A DNA stretch of 60,498 nt, counting the filler, from Catajapyx aquilonaris (taxonomy: Eukaryota): assembly GCA_000934665.2 (NCBI GenBank). It is 3 parts of 3 records of this genome, joined end to end, with 100 filler letters (N's around TTAATTAATTAA, not from the genome) between each part and the next. Parts side by side here need not be neighbours in the genome. Positions count along the whole stretch, not along the records: positions 40,403 to 60,498 come from JYFJ02006335.1; 2 more parts are not named here. One strand, given 5' to 3'. Shown one piece after another: positions 40,816 to 53,400 of this stretch. The notes beneath the pieces were generated by a model. The model saw only the letters and a program-made list of their open reading frames with translations, made no database searches and had not been told where the DNA came from. Position numbers and translations under genes: made by a program. Position 1 is the stretch's first letter; every line of letters begins with the position of its first letter.

Positions 40816-43800
40816 CCTGAATATAGGCCTCTTGAGGAACAGCTCTCCAAGGATGCACCCACAGCTCCAGACATCAATAGCAGGGCCATACCTCTCCTCC
40901 CCAAGAAGAAGTTCAGGGGGCCTGTACCACAATGTGATCACTTTGTTGGTGTACGGTCTCTGCTTGTCCCTGGCATTGTACAGGCGAGCAAGCCCAAAGT
41001 CAGCTAGCTTGATTTGACCCCGATTGTTCATTAAAATGTTGCTACATTTGATGTCACGATGGAGGAAGTTCTTCTTGTGGCAGTAGTTGAGTCCATCTAG
41101 GAGTTGCTTCATGATACTGGCATTATGGTGCTCCTTGAAGTCCACCATCCCTGATTCCAAGAGGCCCATCAGATCATGGTCCATATACTCAAAAACCAGG
41201 TAGAATGAACCTTTGTCCTGTAAGAAAAAGGCATGTTGTCAGTTGGATATTCCATGCCGGTATGAAAATTATTCAAAATAGGCATTGGGCCTACCTTTCG
41301 GAAATCAAGAGCATCTTGCTTGTCAGTGACAATCTCCTTCAGGTTAACAATGTTCTTGTGATTCAGTTGGCGAAGGATCTTGATCTCACGCACAGCCGTT
41401 ATAGGAAAGCCTTCCTTCTCATTCTCTAAGCGCACCTTCTTCAGTGCTACAAACTCACCTGTTTTTAGAAGGCATGCATGAAAAATTACATCAATAAAAT
41501 ATCGCACTGAAAGTAAAACCGAGTGTGATGTATAGAGCAGTTAAAGCCAGCTTGGTTTCCAAGTCAGCTGATCTAAATGCACAATGATTTTCTCCCTTCC
41601 CATGTATTGCAGTCCTTTAAAAGTTGAATTTGTCTCAAATATTTATAATTGTAATGCAATACAGTATTATCAAAATCCTAATGACAAAGACATTCAATCC
41701 AATACCATTAATGGTGACAATATTGATTATTTTATTTCCTCTCTGAATAAGAACTCTCAAATGTGGAGTAACATTGTCACGTTTCTGTAAGTTTCACAAC
41801 AGTCATTCACGACTTACTGGTCTCTCTGTCCTTGGCCTTGTAAACCTGCCCATAGGTCCCTTCACCAATCTGTGTGATGACCTCAAAGACATCAACACAT
41901 CTCTCTCCCCAATCTCTGTCATCCATGGTCCTCAGGTCAGTCGCCTTTTTCACAAGGATTTTCGGTCTCCTAAGGCGGGGCTTGGGGGTGCGCATCTTAC
42001 TCTGAGAAGAGTGAGATGATGGCAACAGCCCACCTCCGTGGGGTGGGGTCATGCCACCATCCTCATCTGGGCTCAGGTCTTCTGTGCCAGGAACAACTGA
42101 AGGTAGGCAAAATCAGAGATATATTTTAATCACAGACAAAACCTCGTCAAGACCATGTCATCAAATGGGTAGCAACCTGCGACACAGTATAACATCATGA
42201 ATTTAAGCCAGAAATGGTAGCAATTCATTTTAAAATGAATCAACTCAAGTCAGTTATTTTCTATTCACTGGATTGGTGCAATTCACAAGTCAATGAAACG
42301 GCGAATTGAAATGTGTCCATCACTGATTTAAGCACAATTAAATCAATAGGTGTCCAGAACTGAAAGGCAGTGACATCAGTGAAGACTGCAACCTTTCATC
42401 TCATGAGCAAAAGTCAAACTCATTTGTCCAGTTGTGAAACACCGAGTTTATAAATTGTCATTTTCAATTTTCCCTTCTTCAAATTACCAAAATTACTATT
42501 GCTTGCACTTCTAGTCATCACTATCAAGTAGGGAAGCTTTCCTACAGCAAGGGCCTGAAGCCAGCAAGAAGTTTAATGTACTGTAGATTGTGCATTGAGT
42601 ACAATTATTACAAGTCAATCATAATAACCCTCAGCGAGATCAAACCCAAAATCAACAGATCAGGTTACCTGGCGGCATGGGCAAATCCTTAGTAATGCTT
42701 TTCCGCATAGGAGCCAACCTCTCCGTTAGCCTCTCCACCAGAACTGCAGGGGAACCTGACTCACTAGGCGGTGACTCGATGTTCTCCAAGTCAGACTGGT
42801 TAATGCCAGGTGGCATTGGAAGGCAAGCACTCAGGCAGGACTTGGGTGGCATTGGGAGATTGCGGGTGAGGCTCTTGATCCTGATAGATGCTGAATTTGC
42901 CTTGGTGGCCACTGTCAATGCTGCTGGGGCTGCCGTTGGGGTTAGAGTTGGGGTGGTGGAGGTCACCTGGGTTGGGGTCGTAGTGGGAGTTGGAGTTAGG
43001 TGGCTGGTAGGTGGGGTAGGAGTAGGATCAGAGGTTGTGGAGACTGGGGTGATCACAGTTGGGGCAGGGGGAGTAGGTTCAGGTGGAAGCGATGGAGGAG
43101 GGGGTGGTGGAGTGGTTGGGGTGCAGCCTGAGTCATCCTTTGATTCCTCCGCTGACACCACGTCCATCTTAACAGCCTGGGTGTCCACATCGCCAGCCAC
43201 GCTGTAGTACATTGTTCAATGTGAGCAACTGAAGATTCACATACAATGTACTCTATTCGTGATTGTGTGTTGTTGTTTTTTTTTAATGGTTACTATCACT
43301 GAGAAAAGTTCAGGCTTTTCACTTGTCATTAAAATTAATTTGAGAGTCAGTGTCTACTTCCGCACTCATACTACAGTAACATTGTAATAGTAGAACGCCA
43401 AAAGAGTTTCACTAGTGCACGTAGGTCCGTTACTTGAAGATTCCCTGCTTAATACATGTTTAGAACAATCCTTGCACTCATTTAAATCACCATTAAACCT
43501 TATCATTTCATCATGCTACTGCAGTCTATAGGTATAGGGTGTTCCAAGTATTTAGGTCCTTGTAGTGATCAGAGCTGTTAGCTTTGTGCAGCTTTTTGAG
43601 ACTGGACCAGAGGTGCCTAATTATTCCCAGGTATAGTCAAATATAGCAGATGGTGATATTGGATGTAGTTTATCATCTGGAGTCCTCAACAAAAAGTCAC
43701 TCCTAAATTACAGCTTCAGGCAAAAGTTCCAATACTTGGAACACCCTGTATCGTGGTGGTGAAATGCAGAGTGCCAAAAGCATCTAATCTCTGGAGCATT

Positions 43801-46599
43801 TATGAAAATACTGCATGCACAATGAATTTATTGCTCATGACCTGACACAATGCTCTCACAAAACTGCAACCAGTGTGGGGCCCCAAAACTGATTTTTCCA
43901 GCTGTAAACTTTTGAAATACAATAATTGTGCACATTACATGCCATGCCAAGGATCATGCTACAACACAACAATATTGTGCTACATTTCTCTAGAGCGCAA
44001 GCCACACTATGAGTATTACAACACCAATGACCAACCTCGGCTCTTTTTCCAACTCTGGCTCCTCCTTAACCTCTTCCCCCTCCTCCACCTCCTGAATTTC
44101 CTCATCCTCAGGTGAAGCACTTATAACAACAAGATAAGGTAAGCTCACAAACCCAAGCCCCCAACACGTTAATTTGACCCTAATCCAAGTACACCTCACC
44201 TCTTCTCCTTATTGTCAGTCAACTCCTCAGTGGCAGTGACTGCCGGCTTTTCATCATTGGGGATTGGAATGTCCTGGAGGTTGGGTACGGTTGATGTCAC
44301 CACATCAGGTTTTTCAGCAGGCACTGCTAGTGTCACCTCCTTGACTTCACCAGCCTTTGCCTCACCAACAACTATGCAGTCATTGTCTGGGGTGCTCTCC
44401 CTCCTATCATGCAGAAAAATGTTTGTGAAATCATGACTACAACCTGTGCATTGCATAAAATATTATGATTTAATTTTAAAATACACTGTACTCCCGATTA
44501 TCCGGGTGAGGATTATCCTTGCATGACTAAAACAAGTAAAAGTCTGAAAAAATGTCAATTTTTCTCGCAAACAAATACAAAACTTTTTGTATAATACAAA
44601 CTAAAAATCTACGAAAAAATTTCTAATTATGATTAAAGCAGATTATGGTTTAGAGCAGAATACAGTATGTAGTCGTTCATTAAAAACCTGTGAACAGCTC
44701 AGTTTATGGTATTTAGGACCATTCCCCGATTATCTGTGTGTTCCGATTATCCATGCAGCCATTAGCCCGGATAATCAGGAGTACAGTACGTGTCCCAACT
44801 GATTACTTTTCTGCAAAGACATTCACAGCAGTCACAAGATAATGGCCAAGCTTCCCTCTATAAGGGTCTGTTTCGGTCTGTTTGGACTACACGTAAGTAA
44901 CTCTGATCTCAAAAAGTGATCATTAGGATTGAAACAGGAGTAAGAATCAATACCAATACTTGCTCCTGACTTGATCTTGTAAAAAGATATTGACATCATT
45001 TCAGAAGTTCGACCAGGTCATTTGGAGAGATGGATGAGAACATTTTCTTAATTATTTAAAAAAAACTAACACTTAATATATCAGGTGTTACATTGTGGTC
45101 ATGAAAATAGCTTACTTGTCTTTGAGCATGGCCAACTTCTCCCTGTTCTTCCTTGCCTTGACCAGCTCTGCAAAGAGACTGGTCTGGCTCATATTTGCCT
45201 CTGCAGTCAGCTGCCTGGCAGATGGAGTTTTCCCCGAACCAGATGATCTAGTATCACTGACTGGGTGGTGGGGTGGAGTTCTGCTCTTGTGCCTCTTGTT
45301 CCTCCCACCACCACTTTTGGAGTGATTGGTGTCTCTGCTCCTGCTGCGGGACCTCCGTGACCTAGGCCTTGGGGGTGGAGACCTGGAGTACCTCCTTTTG
45401 GGTGACCTTGAGTAGGATCGCTTACGAGGAGGAGACCTCGAGTGTGACCGGCTATATTTCCTGCGTGAACGGCTCCGGCTTCGCCTACGTGGCTTCTTCT
45501 CTCTACTGTGCTCACGTCGTCGTTTAACATGTGGCGGGCTGATCGGCCTCGAAACAATATCAGGCGGTGACCTTGACCGCTTCCGGTCCATTGGCAGGCG
45601 CTCATACGCTTTTGGGGGTAGTGGTGGGGTGTGTGGTGAGGCTGCTGCCCTAAAGTGCCGATGTTGGGTTAAAGGTGACGGCGGAGAATCCTTTTTGACT
45701 GGAGGTGGTGGTGATGGGAGAGGCTCATCTGACACTGAACTTATTGGGCTGGTGCCAACACTGTCCTTCTTACGCAACACTGACATGGGAGGGGGTGCCG
45801 GTGGTGGCTCATCATCATCTCCTGAAGTTATCGGACTGCTTCCAGGTATGACCATGCCCACTTCTGGAGTTGCAGAGCGCTGCTTTCGATGCTTTCGCTT
45901 CCTGCGCCGGTTCCCAGATCGTGACCTACGCTGCTTCTTGTCTTTCTCGCGCTTATGCTTCCGTTCCTTCTTACCAACTGACCCCTCTTCTTCAACACTT
46001 CCACGACGATGCCTTCGTGCCTCATGCTGCTCGCCCTTCCTGTAGTGATGGCGATGCAAGGAAAGTGGAAGCAACAGTGGTATCTCTTGGGGGGATTCAG
46101 GAACCTCCATTCTTGTCCTGAATCCACTTGCTGAAGGCCTCCGGTAAGGACTGACCTCGCCCTCACTCACACTAAGTGCCATGCTCTCGTCAGTCTGTAT
46201 CTCACCGGCTTCCGGTTCTGAAAATGCCTCTGAACTCACATCTGAGTACTCCACCAGGGGTTTAACAGGCATGGCATTGTTGGAGGGGCGGTCATCATCC
46301 CGCCCACCACCCTGGGACTGCCCCTGATGCCGCCTGCGCCGTCGCTTTGATCGTTTCCTATGCTTGGAGTGCCTGGTCTCACCGTCAGAGTCAGAGTTGG
46401 AGGAAATGGTTGCAGCAGTTATGGACGAGGCCAGGCGCTGCCGCTGTATCTGCTGCCGATGCAGTCTTGAAATGTTGTCGTCTTCGCTCAAGCATCCAGA
46501 CTCCACTGAGCGTACAGGACTCACAGAGAGGTAGCTGACATGACGGTCTGAGGAGTGGTTGTCAGCAGACTTCCTCACCTCATCCCTACTGGATGGCAT
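40816..46599 (-). CDS. CDK12: Cyclin-dependent kinase 12 (RS domain, Pro-rich region, kinase to subdomain IX); 3'-partial
   Basis: Exons 46599-45116, 44403-44200, 44119-44036, 43201-42669, 42096-41818, 41458-41295, 41217-40816. Motifs [14 protein letters not shown] repeats, [78 protein letters not shown]. Confidence 0.95.
43535..43748. mobile_element. Tc1/mariner-type MITE in a CDK12 intron
   Basis: TA|TAGGGTGTTCCAAGTATT ... AATACTTGGAACACCCTG|TA. Confidence 0.7.
44484..44788. mobile_element. pogo/Tigger-like MITE in a CDK12 intron
   Basis: CTGTACTCCCGATTATCCGGG vs CCCGGATAATCAGGAGTACAG (1 mismatch); subterminal GATTATC repeats. Confidence 0.6.
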
Positions 46600-48669
46600 T
46601 GCACCTGGAAAAATAACAACCCAAATCACATTAAGCACATCATGTAACAAGTGCACAGAGTGCCAACAATGCAAAACTATAACTCTCTCAATCAAAAATC
46701 AAGAGGAATAGCACAACATCCCCTCCAATCATCATCACACAAAAATGTGGAAAACAAAATTTGTTTTCCATGTTTTCGTGTAACCATGATTGGGCACAGG
46801 CACAGGGCACAGGCAGATTGCTGCACATTTAATGTGCAGCAATCGTCGCTGCATCAGGAGGGTCTCTGACTCGTGCAGGTGTCTGGCAAACTAACCTCCT
46901 GGGGAACAGCACATGACCCATTCAACGACACTGCATTTGCACCTATGTTCCCTCCCAAAAAATCCCTATCCTTACCCAATATCCTTGATTCCCTGCACCG
47001 AAGTTCGAAGAAAAATGAAAAAATTATTCAGAAAATATGGCGGTGTCCCACCCCCTATGAGAGCCAAGGGCTCTAGCACGGGGTAGCAAAATAAATAAAA
47101 TAAATCAATATGAGAGTTATCCTGGTTACGCATCATTTTCAACAATCTTATAAAGAGGGTTGCAGTAAGTTACTATAGCAATGGCCAAACATCTGCTCCA
47201 ATCATGAACAGCTCAGAACTTGACTCCCAAAAAATCATCTGGAAACTCCTGAACAGGCACCTTTCCCAAGTGGAGCACCAGTGGCACAGCCTAGCAGCTT
47301 TCTTGTTGATTTGTGTTGTCCAGGTGGCTTTCCTTATGAGTCCACCTTTTGCCTGTGATGGGATACTGGTTATCCCTTTGTTGTAAGTGGTCATACTTGC
47401 CAGTTACCACTGGCACATATTGGTTATGGACAGTTACACTTTACATCAAGCCTGTCATGCACATACATAATGTGCACCATTCACCACTCGTGTCGAATCA
47501 CAGTGCACCTATTGCATGATTGCACGTAGGGCAAAGTTACTGTCATACCCAAAATCAAGTGGCTGAATTTTTGTATTGACTGGTTTGTTATGCAACAGTG
47601 GTGTAATTGAACTGCACTAATATAGTTACACATCAAGAAGTAAATGAAATTGGGGCTGAAGTTGCTGGACAATAATAAGTTATGTACCATGTGTTGCATA
47701 ATAGAGCTCACACTCATGCCACTGGAAATGACCTGGCTGTTACTGCTTCATGTTCGTTCTCCTGAGCCCAAGTCGCACATATAAGATGGCCAGTAAAACC
47801 AAAGCGCACACACCCCATGCACAACACAGGTCTCTCCCTTCCACTTCCCTGCTCAGGGTGCTAACATGGCTACGAGCTAATCCCAAAACACACTATAAAT
47901 TTTCATATGCAACAAAACATGTTTCACTATCAGAGTCACTCTTACCGAAAAATACAGTAACTGCAGTATTGCACTGATGAGACTTGAGCAAAAATCCCAC
48001 AATGGACAAGAGTCCATTTTGTATTTAGTACATTATTTACATTGTGCAACCATTTCCATGACTAGCCATGGCGAAAACCACTTCTACGGCAACCTTGGCC
48101 TAGACGCCTTGCAGATTGATCCAAATGGTTAGTGTCATTTTTACATGCTGCTAGATTTACACTCATTAGGCCTAGGCATATGGGTGCACATAGTGCGGTC
48201 AAAGTCAGCTGCACGACACACACACACCACTCTTACAATGCTGATGGGAACTCGCTCTTCTCACCAGTGCAGCGCCCGAGTTCCCATTAGAGAAACAAGT
48301 GTAACATTTATTGCTGTTGCTATCAGCTCGAACATTGAGTCATTATTTGCACCTGCTTATACCCCTGCCCCTTGGTCATACAGCACTCCATATGCCATAC
48401 CTGAACATCGTGTTTTCCGGGCCCAGTGGCACAAAACATACCTCATCCCAACAGCCTAAGCCAGTTCCCATGACGGCCTCCCAACTAGAATACGTGTCCA
48501 CAAAATGGTCGAACAAAAGGTTCTCCCCACACCCATCCAGAGCCTCCCCATCTTGCTCCCCATCCATCGCAGGCATCGCCTCGGCCCCTTATCGTGTGTG
48601 GTGGGGGAACCGCCCCTATCGGCCCGCCGACAATGCAAACTCCCCAGCAAATGGAAGCCGAAATGAAAA

Positions 48670-49100
48670 ACCACTCACCTTCATGCACACCATTCGATTC
48701 CTGGCTACGGGTCGGGGCTTGGACGATGCACCTCCAGGCCCTCAGGACACTGATTCCGGAGCTATCCGGAGACGAAAGCGAGGCCCGGGAGTCCTTCGAC
48801 ACCAAAGTTTCGTGTTCTTATTTTCTGCGGACGGATGTTTTTTTTCTCTCTCTTTTTTCCTCCAAAATTCGAGGTTCGATCCGTCCGGTTTTTTTAAAGA
48901 AGAAGGTTGATCGGCTAGAAGGCCAGATATTTCGTCCAGATGGCCCTCCGAGAGACCAGATTTAATCGGATTTTGTCCTATCCAGATCGGGAGGAGGCTA
49001 GTTTTCTGTGCATCATCCCAGAGGCGGCCATGTTGGAAATGGAGTTCCAAAGAGAGAGAGACTCGCCTCCGTTCTTATGGGCGTGACGTCATTGATCAAA
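48670..49100 (-). promoter_or_regulatory. Probable CDK12 promoter and first non-coding exon
   Basis: CpG-rich patch, minus-strand donor GTGAGT near 48678, TGACGTCA at 49084-49091; the coding ATG is preceded by an acceptor at 46605-46606. TSS not determined. Confidence 0.4.
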
Positions 49101-50466
49101 CGGTCAGGGTTGGAAATAAAGAGGGACTGGAGGGGAGTTGTACTGCGGATATTGTTACGCAACATAAGGGCAATTACAGTATCGCATTACGACTAAATTG
49201 CTGTTGCTGCAAATAATCGAGCCAGTTAATTTGCCATGCTTTCTTTATTTATCTCGTGGTTGACAGGTGTCTATTGTGAAATGTACAAAATCTTGGGGTT
49301 GAAAAATTGGGATAATAATTTTTTTTAAATGAATGCCATAATGGTGGGTGTACAAACACTTTTATAAATCGGGGCAAAGCTGTGTTGATAAGCTCATTTT
49401 TTTTTGTCGTCCATAAGGCACACCACATTTAGCATGCAAGCACCAATTTTAATTTCTAACGTTCAATAGATCTGTACTTATGGTCTCTTTTAAATATTTT
49501 TCTTTCTAATATTCATACTATGGGCATTTTTGTAGTCATTTACAGGCACACAGTTTTCTGGTTGTTAACTTACATTACCCATGAAGGTACAAATTAGGGT
49601 TAGACAAGGCTCCTTTACCACAGTAAGTAAAAATCTTTTGCGAGATTTCAGAACTTCCAGCATTGGTTTTTTGATGAGCTTGGCAATTCTAGCCGCTTGT
49701 GTCAGTCTAACTTGTGTTACATTTAGGCACTTTTTTTAAAATAACGAGCAAGGATTCTGTCATGATATGTACATTCATATGTGATGTTTAGAGTCCCTTA
49801 AAATTGTCATACAGTATTATAAAGTTCACAATGTCAAAAAAATTGGCATGAAAAACTTCACATAATTTTGTACACAACGGAGTACGGCTATAGTCATGGA
49901 AATAAAACATTATATTTCTTATTCTCCAACATAGGGTATTTGAGAAATTGATTTAGGATAGTTTACATACAAAAAAAAAGAGCAACTTCAACAAAGTTGC
50001 AGATAATAGTCCCTCTCTGCATGTACAAATCATAATTGTACAAACTTATCAAAAATGCATCAATTGGAATGGAGACACATGTACATTTGTCATAAAAATG
50101 TCACTATGACATTTGGAGCTTTTTTTTTAAAAAAAAAGGAAAGCTGTGTAACTGTGCTTCTAATATCAAAACTACATTAAGAGAGGCTTACCTCAACTTC
50201 CAACTTGTGCAAGACTTTACATCGAGACGTATCACATTGCGTACCAATACGAATTGCGATTTGAATTGTTCTTATGCTACACTATATACAACATTACTAT
50301 GTGCATTGTTTCTGTATAGTAATGAGACAACAAGTTGACTCAAATCCCCTAGAAGAGAAAAGTCTGTAAATGCGCCGTTACCTTCTTGTCCTACAGATTG
50401 TCGGTACTTTAGAAAGGCACCAAATATGGCCTCAACACAATGACATAGAGATTAAAAATAAGTGTT

Positions 50467-53400
50467 CTAGAGCTCAAGCTCATCCATAGTGCGAGAGAGT
50501 CGATTGTTTTCTACCCTTCTTCTTTGGCTCCTCCTAACTGCATCTGCTCTTCGGTAAGGCTCGTTTTTTAGACCCAGAAGAATATCCTCCAAGGCACCAT
50601 TATACACTTCATCTTGCTGAAGGAGCTTCATTTCCTGTATATTCCGTGCTTTGCTTTTCAGCTCGTTTATCACAGCATCCTGTTTCATTTTATTTGGCAG
50701 ATGTAGCCCAATTAAAAAATTTCATGGAGGGTTAGGACAAAAAAGAAAACGAAAAAAAAACAGCAGGGGGATGGGGGGAAAAAAAAGAAACGGGAGAGAG
50801 AGTTATGTTAGTTTTTTGTTTACTATGAATTTCATCAGCTGTGAGTGTTGCAGGTTTACCTGCTGCTTTTTCTGATTGATTTTATTCCTCTTGATCACTT
50901 CCGTTGGAGGATTGTTCATTGCTTCCAATGCAGCTTGTTCTAAGCGCCTGCGCTGCTCATTTTCACCTTCAGATTGCTGGAATAGTAAAACGTGAGACAT
51001 TCATGTTAAATAGTGACTGTGGCATCCATATTGGAATATTGTTGACTAAATGTTTGCTTTACCACTATGGCGGAGTTCTTAACCTGGATGAGACTCAGGA
51101 ATTTCTGCTAATATGTGCAGCAATGCAGATGGCAAGAAAGCTACCTTCACCTACTTAATGGACCATCGCTGTACTTATAACTGCTAATTAGTTTCATATC
51201 CACTCATTTTGTTTTTGTGCCCTACTGATGATACCCTTGCCATAGAGGCCAAAGCCAGCGTGTCGCAACTGGATAAACCTTTGCCTCTCCACATTATGCA
51301 TTATCAGCAATAGTATTTTCTAGTATAATTTCCTACTACTAAAAGATTTGAACAGGCAAAAGTAGTGGTCGATTTATATAGCTGCAAGGTTCATTACATT
51401 ATGAAATATCTTGTGACTGGGACACAAAGCTTGACCTATTACAAAGAACACACTGCAATAATTCCTTACCTTGTAGGCCCTTGTAAATCTGACAAGCAGT
51501 GAGAAGAAAGTATTGGTGTCCACCTGTCTAGGGCTATCACCAAAGTATTCCACACATTCTCTGAAAGCATCCTGAGCAGTCTTTGCATCAGCTTTGAGAC
51601 GTCTCAGTTTATCTTCCGAGTTGGTAAGAAAATCTTTTAGAACTGTGTTGTGCTTCTCGTCCTTGAAGTCCTTCCTGAGTTCAAATTCCTTCCTACTAAC
51701 ATCCATGCCTTTTTCAAGTTCATGGACATCTGTGGTTATGTTCTCCAGAGAAACTGCCAAAAAACAATAAATATATCTGACTCCCAAGTCATACAACTGA
51801 TCTATCATTTGACTGTGCACAATACGGATTGGAGATTAAAGTATACAAGCAGTATGTTTCAACAATTTGGAGCATTTTAAAACAATTGTCTACTCACAAG
51901 GAAATATTTTGAAAATTAGATTGAAACTGCAAAATTATGAAAATTCTCTATGGACCAATACTAACACATCCACTCCCATTGAAATCAACTCATTGAATTA
52001 CCCCATTGTTGCACTAAGGCCTTGGAAAATAATAATTTACAAAGACACTACTAGAAACTTACCACCAGCAGCTTTTTCAACATATCTCAGCTCTGACTCA
52101 AAGCTGGCCAACTCTGGAAACTTGAGCCTAACAGTCTCAACGATATAGTGCAACAAACACATCTTCTTGTCTGTTGATTTTGTGTCCACCAGGCTGTCCA
52201 GGCTCTGAAGTTTGAACCCATAAGCTGGTCCTCTCCTACTACTGTTCATGTAGTTTCCAAACGCCAAAATTATCTCCAACAATTTGCGCAGCTTCTTGGA
52301 GTTTTTCACTGATCTGGCTGCTGTTATGACTGAGTGAATTTGCTGCAAAGAGACATGGATTTAGCACAGTGTTATAAAACTGTAAAATTACATAAATACA
52401 GCATTGCATACAGGAGTGATAAGGTGCACGTTTTCATGGAAGTTGCCAATGTAGCTCATGACATTGAGCTTGGCAGCCAGTCGTTCCACCTTGCACAACT
52501 GCATGAGGAACTTATCCTCATCCGTCAGCTTATCAACGCTCTTTCTTTCGGCAACATATTCTCTGTAGGCCTTCACCTGAAAGCAGGGGGGAAAGCAGGC
52601 AGATTAGTAACTGAAAAGCTCTACATATTCATTGTACAACACAGTAACAGGACAATTTCTTACTTCTTGTTCTGTAGGCACCATCCTTTGTAGAATCTCC
52701 ACATTCTCCAAGGAAAGGGTCTTGAGATCCAGAGTGTTGACAGCACGTATCACAGTGTCAGTAGTCATGTCCAGTTTTCTTCGAGATATGGCTGAAAGTT
52801 TAAAAGGCACAAATAAGCAAAGTGGCCATGTAAAAATTTGAAAATTGACTCATTTTTGACTCTACTGCTAGTTAGCAGTAACTATCGCAACCCATGAGGA
52901 ATCTTATGGAAAATTCCTGACAAGAGTCCTGCTGCTGCTCTCCTACCAGAGCTTTATTAACAGGACGAAAAACCAACCCAGAAATTTCAGATTCCCATGG
53001 AATACAAGATTTTGCATGTAACATGCAATGTTCATCACCTATATTGCGTAGCCTGTTATGTTCTAAAAGCGTGATGGTCTCAGGCTTCTTAAATCGTTTG
53101 GATGGGAAGTTGTGGAATCCATCGTCATCCGGAATGGTGCCTAAGTTGCCCAGCTTAAAGTGCTCCTCAAAGTCATTGAAGTCAATTACTCCATGAAGCT
53201 TGTCATCATCAAGCTCATTAAAAATGGTGCCCTTAACCTGGAAAAACAGACCGTAGTTTTACACTAACAATCCTGAAAATGCTCGATGATATTTGCTGAG
53301 CTGAACAAACCTGGTTGGGCTTCAAGGCAACCCAGTTGAATGTGGGAAGTTTGTACTTTGTTTGGACCTTCTTCTTGATGGTCATTGCATCTCCAGGAGC

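Noticed and set aside
39314..41217. One kinase gene or a tandem-kinase fusion spanning the second spacer
   Set aside because: Both sides encode subdomains VIb-IX of different families (CDK12 vs HIPK-like) and are separated by an artificial linker.
42677..46538. Long plus-strand Gly/Val-rich ORFs
   Set aside because: Antisense shadows of CDK12 Pro/Thr-rich and RS-rich exons.
48145..49196. Cluster of 100-200 aa ORFs on both strands
   Set aside because: Expected in a GC-rich promoter/5' UTR patch; no motifs or exon structure.
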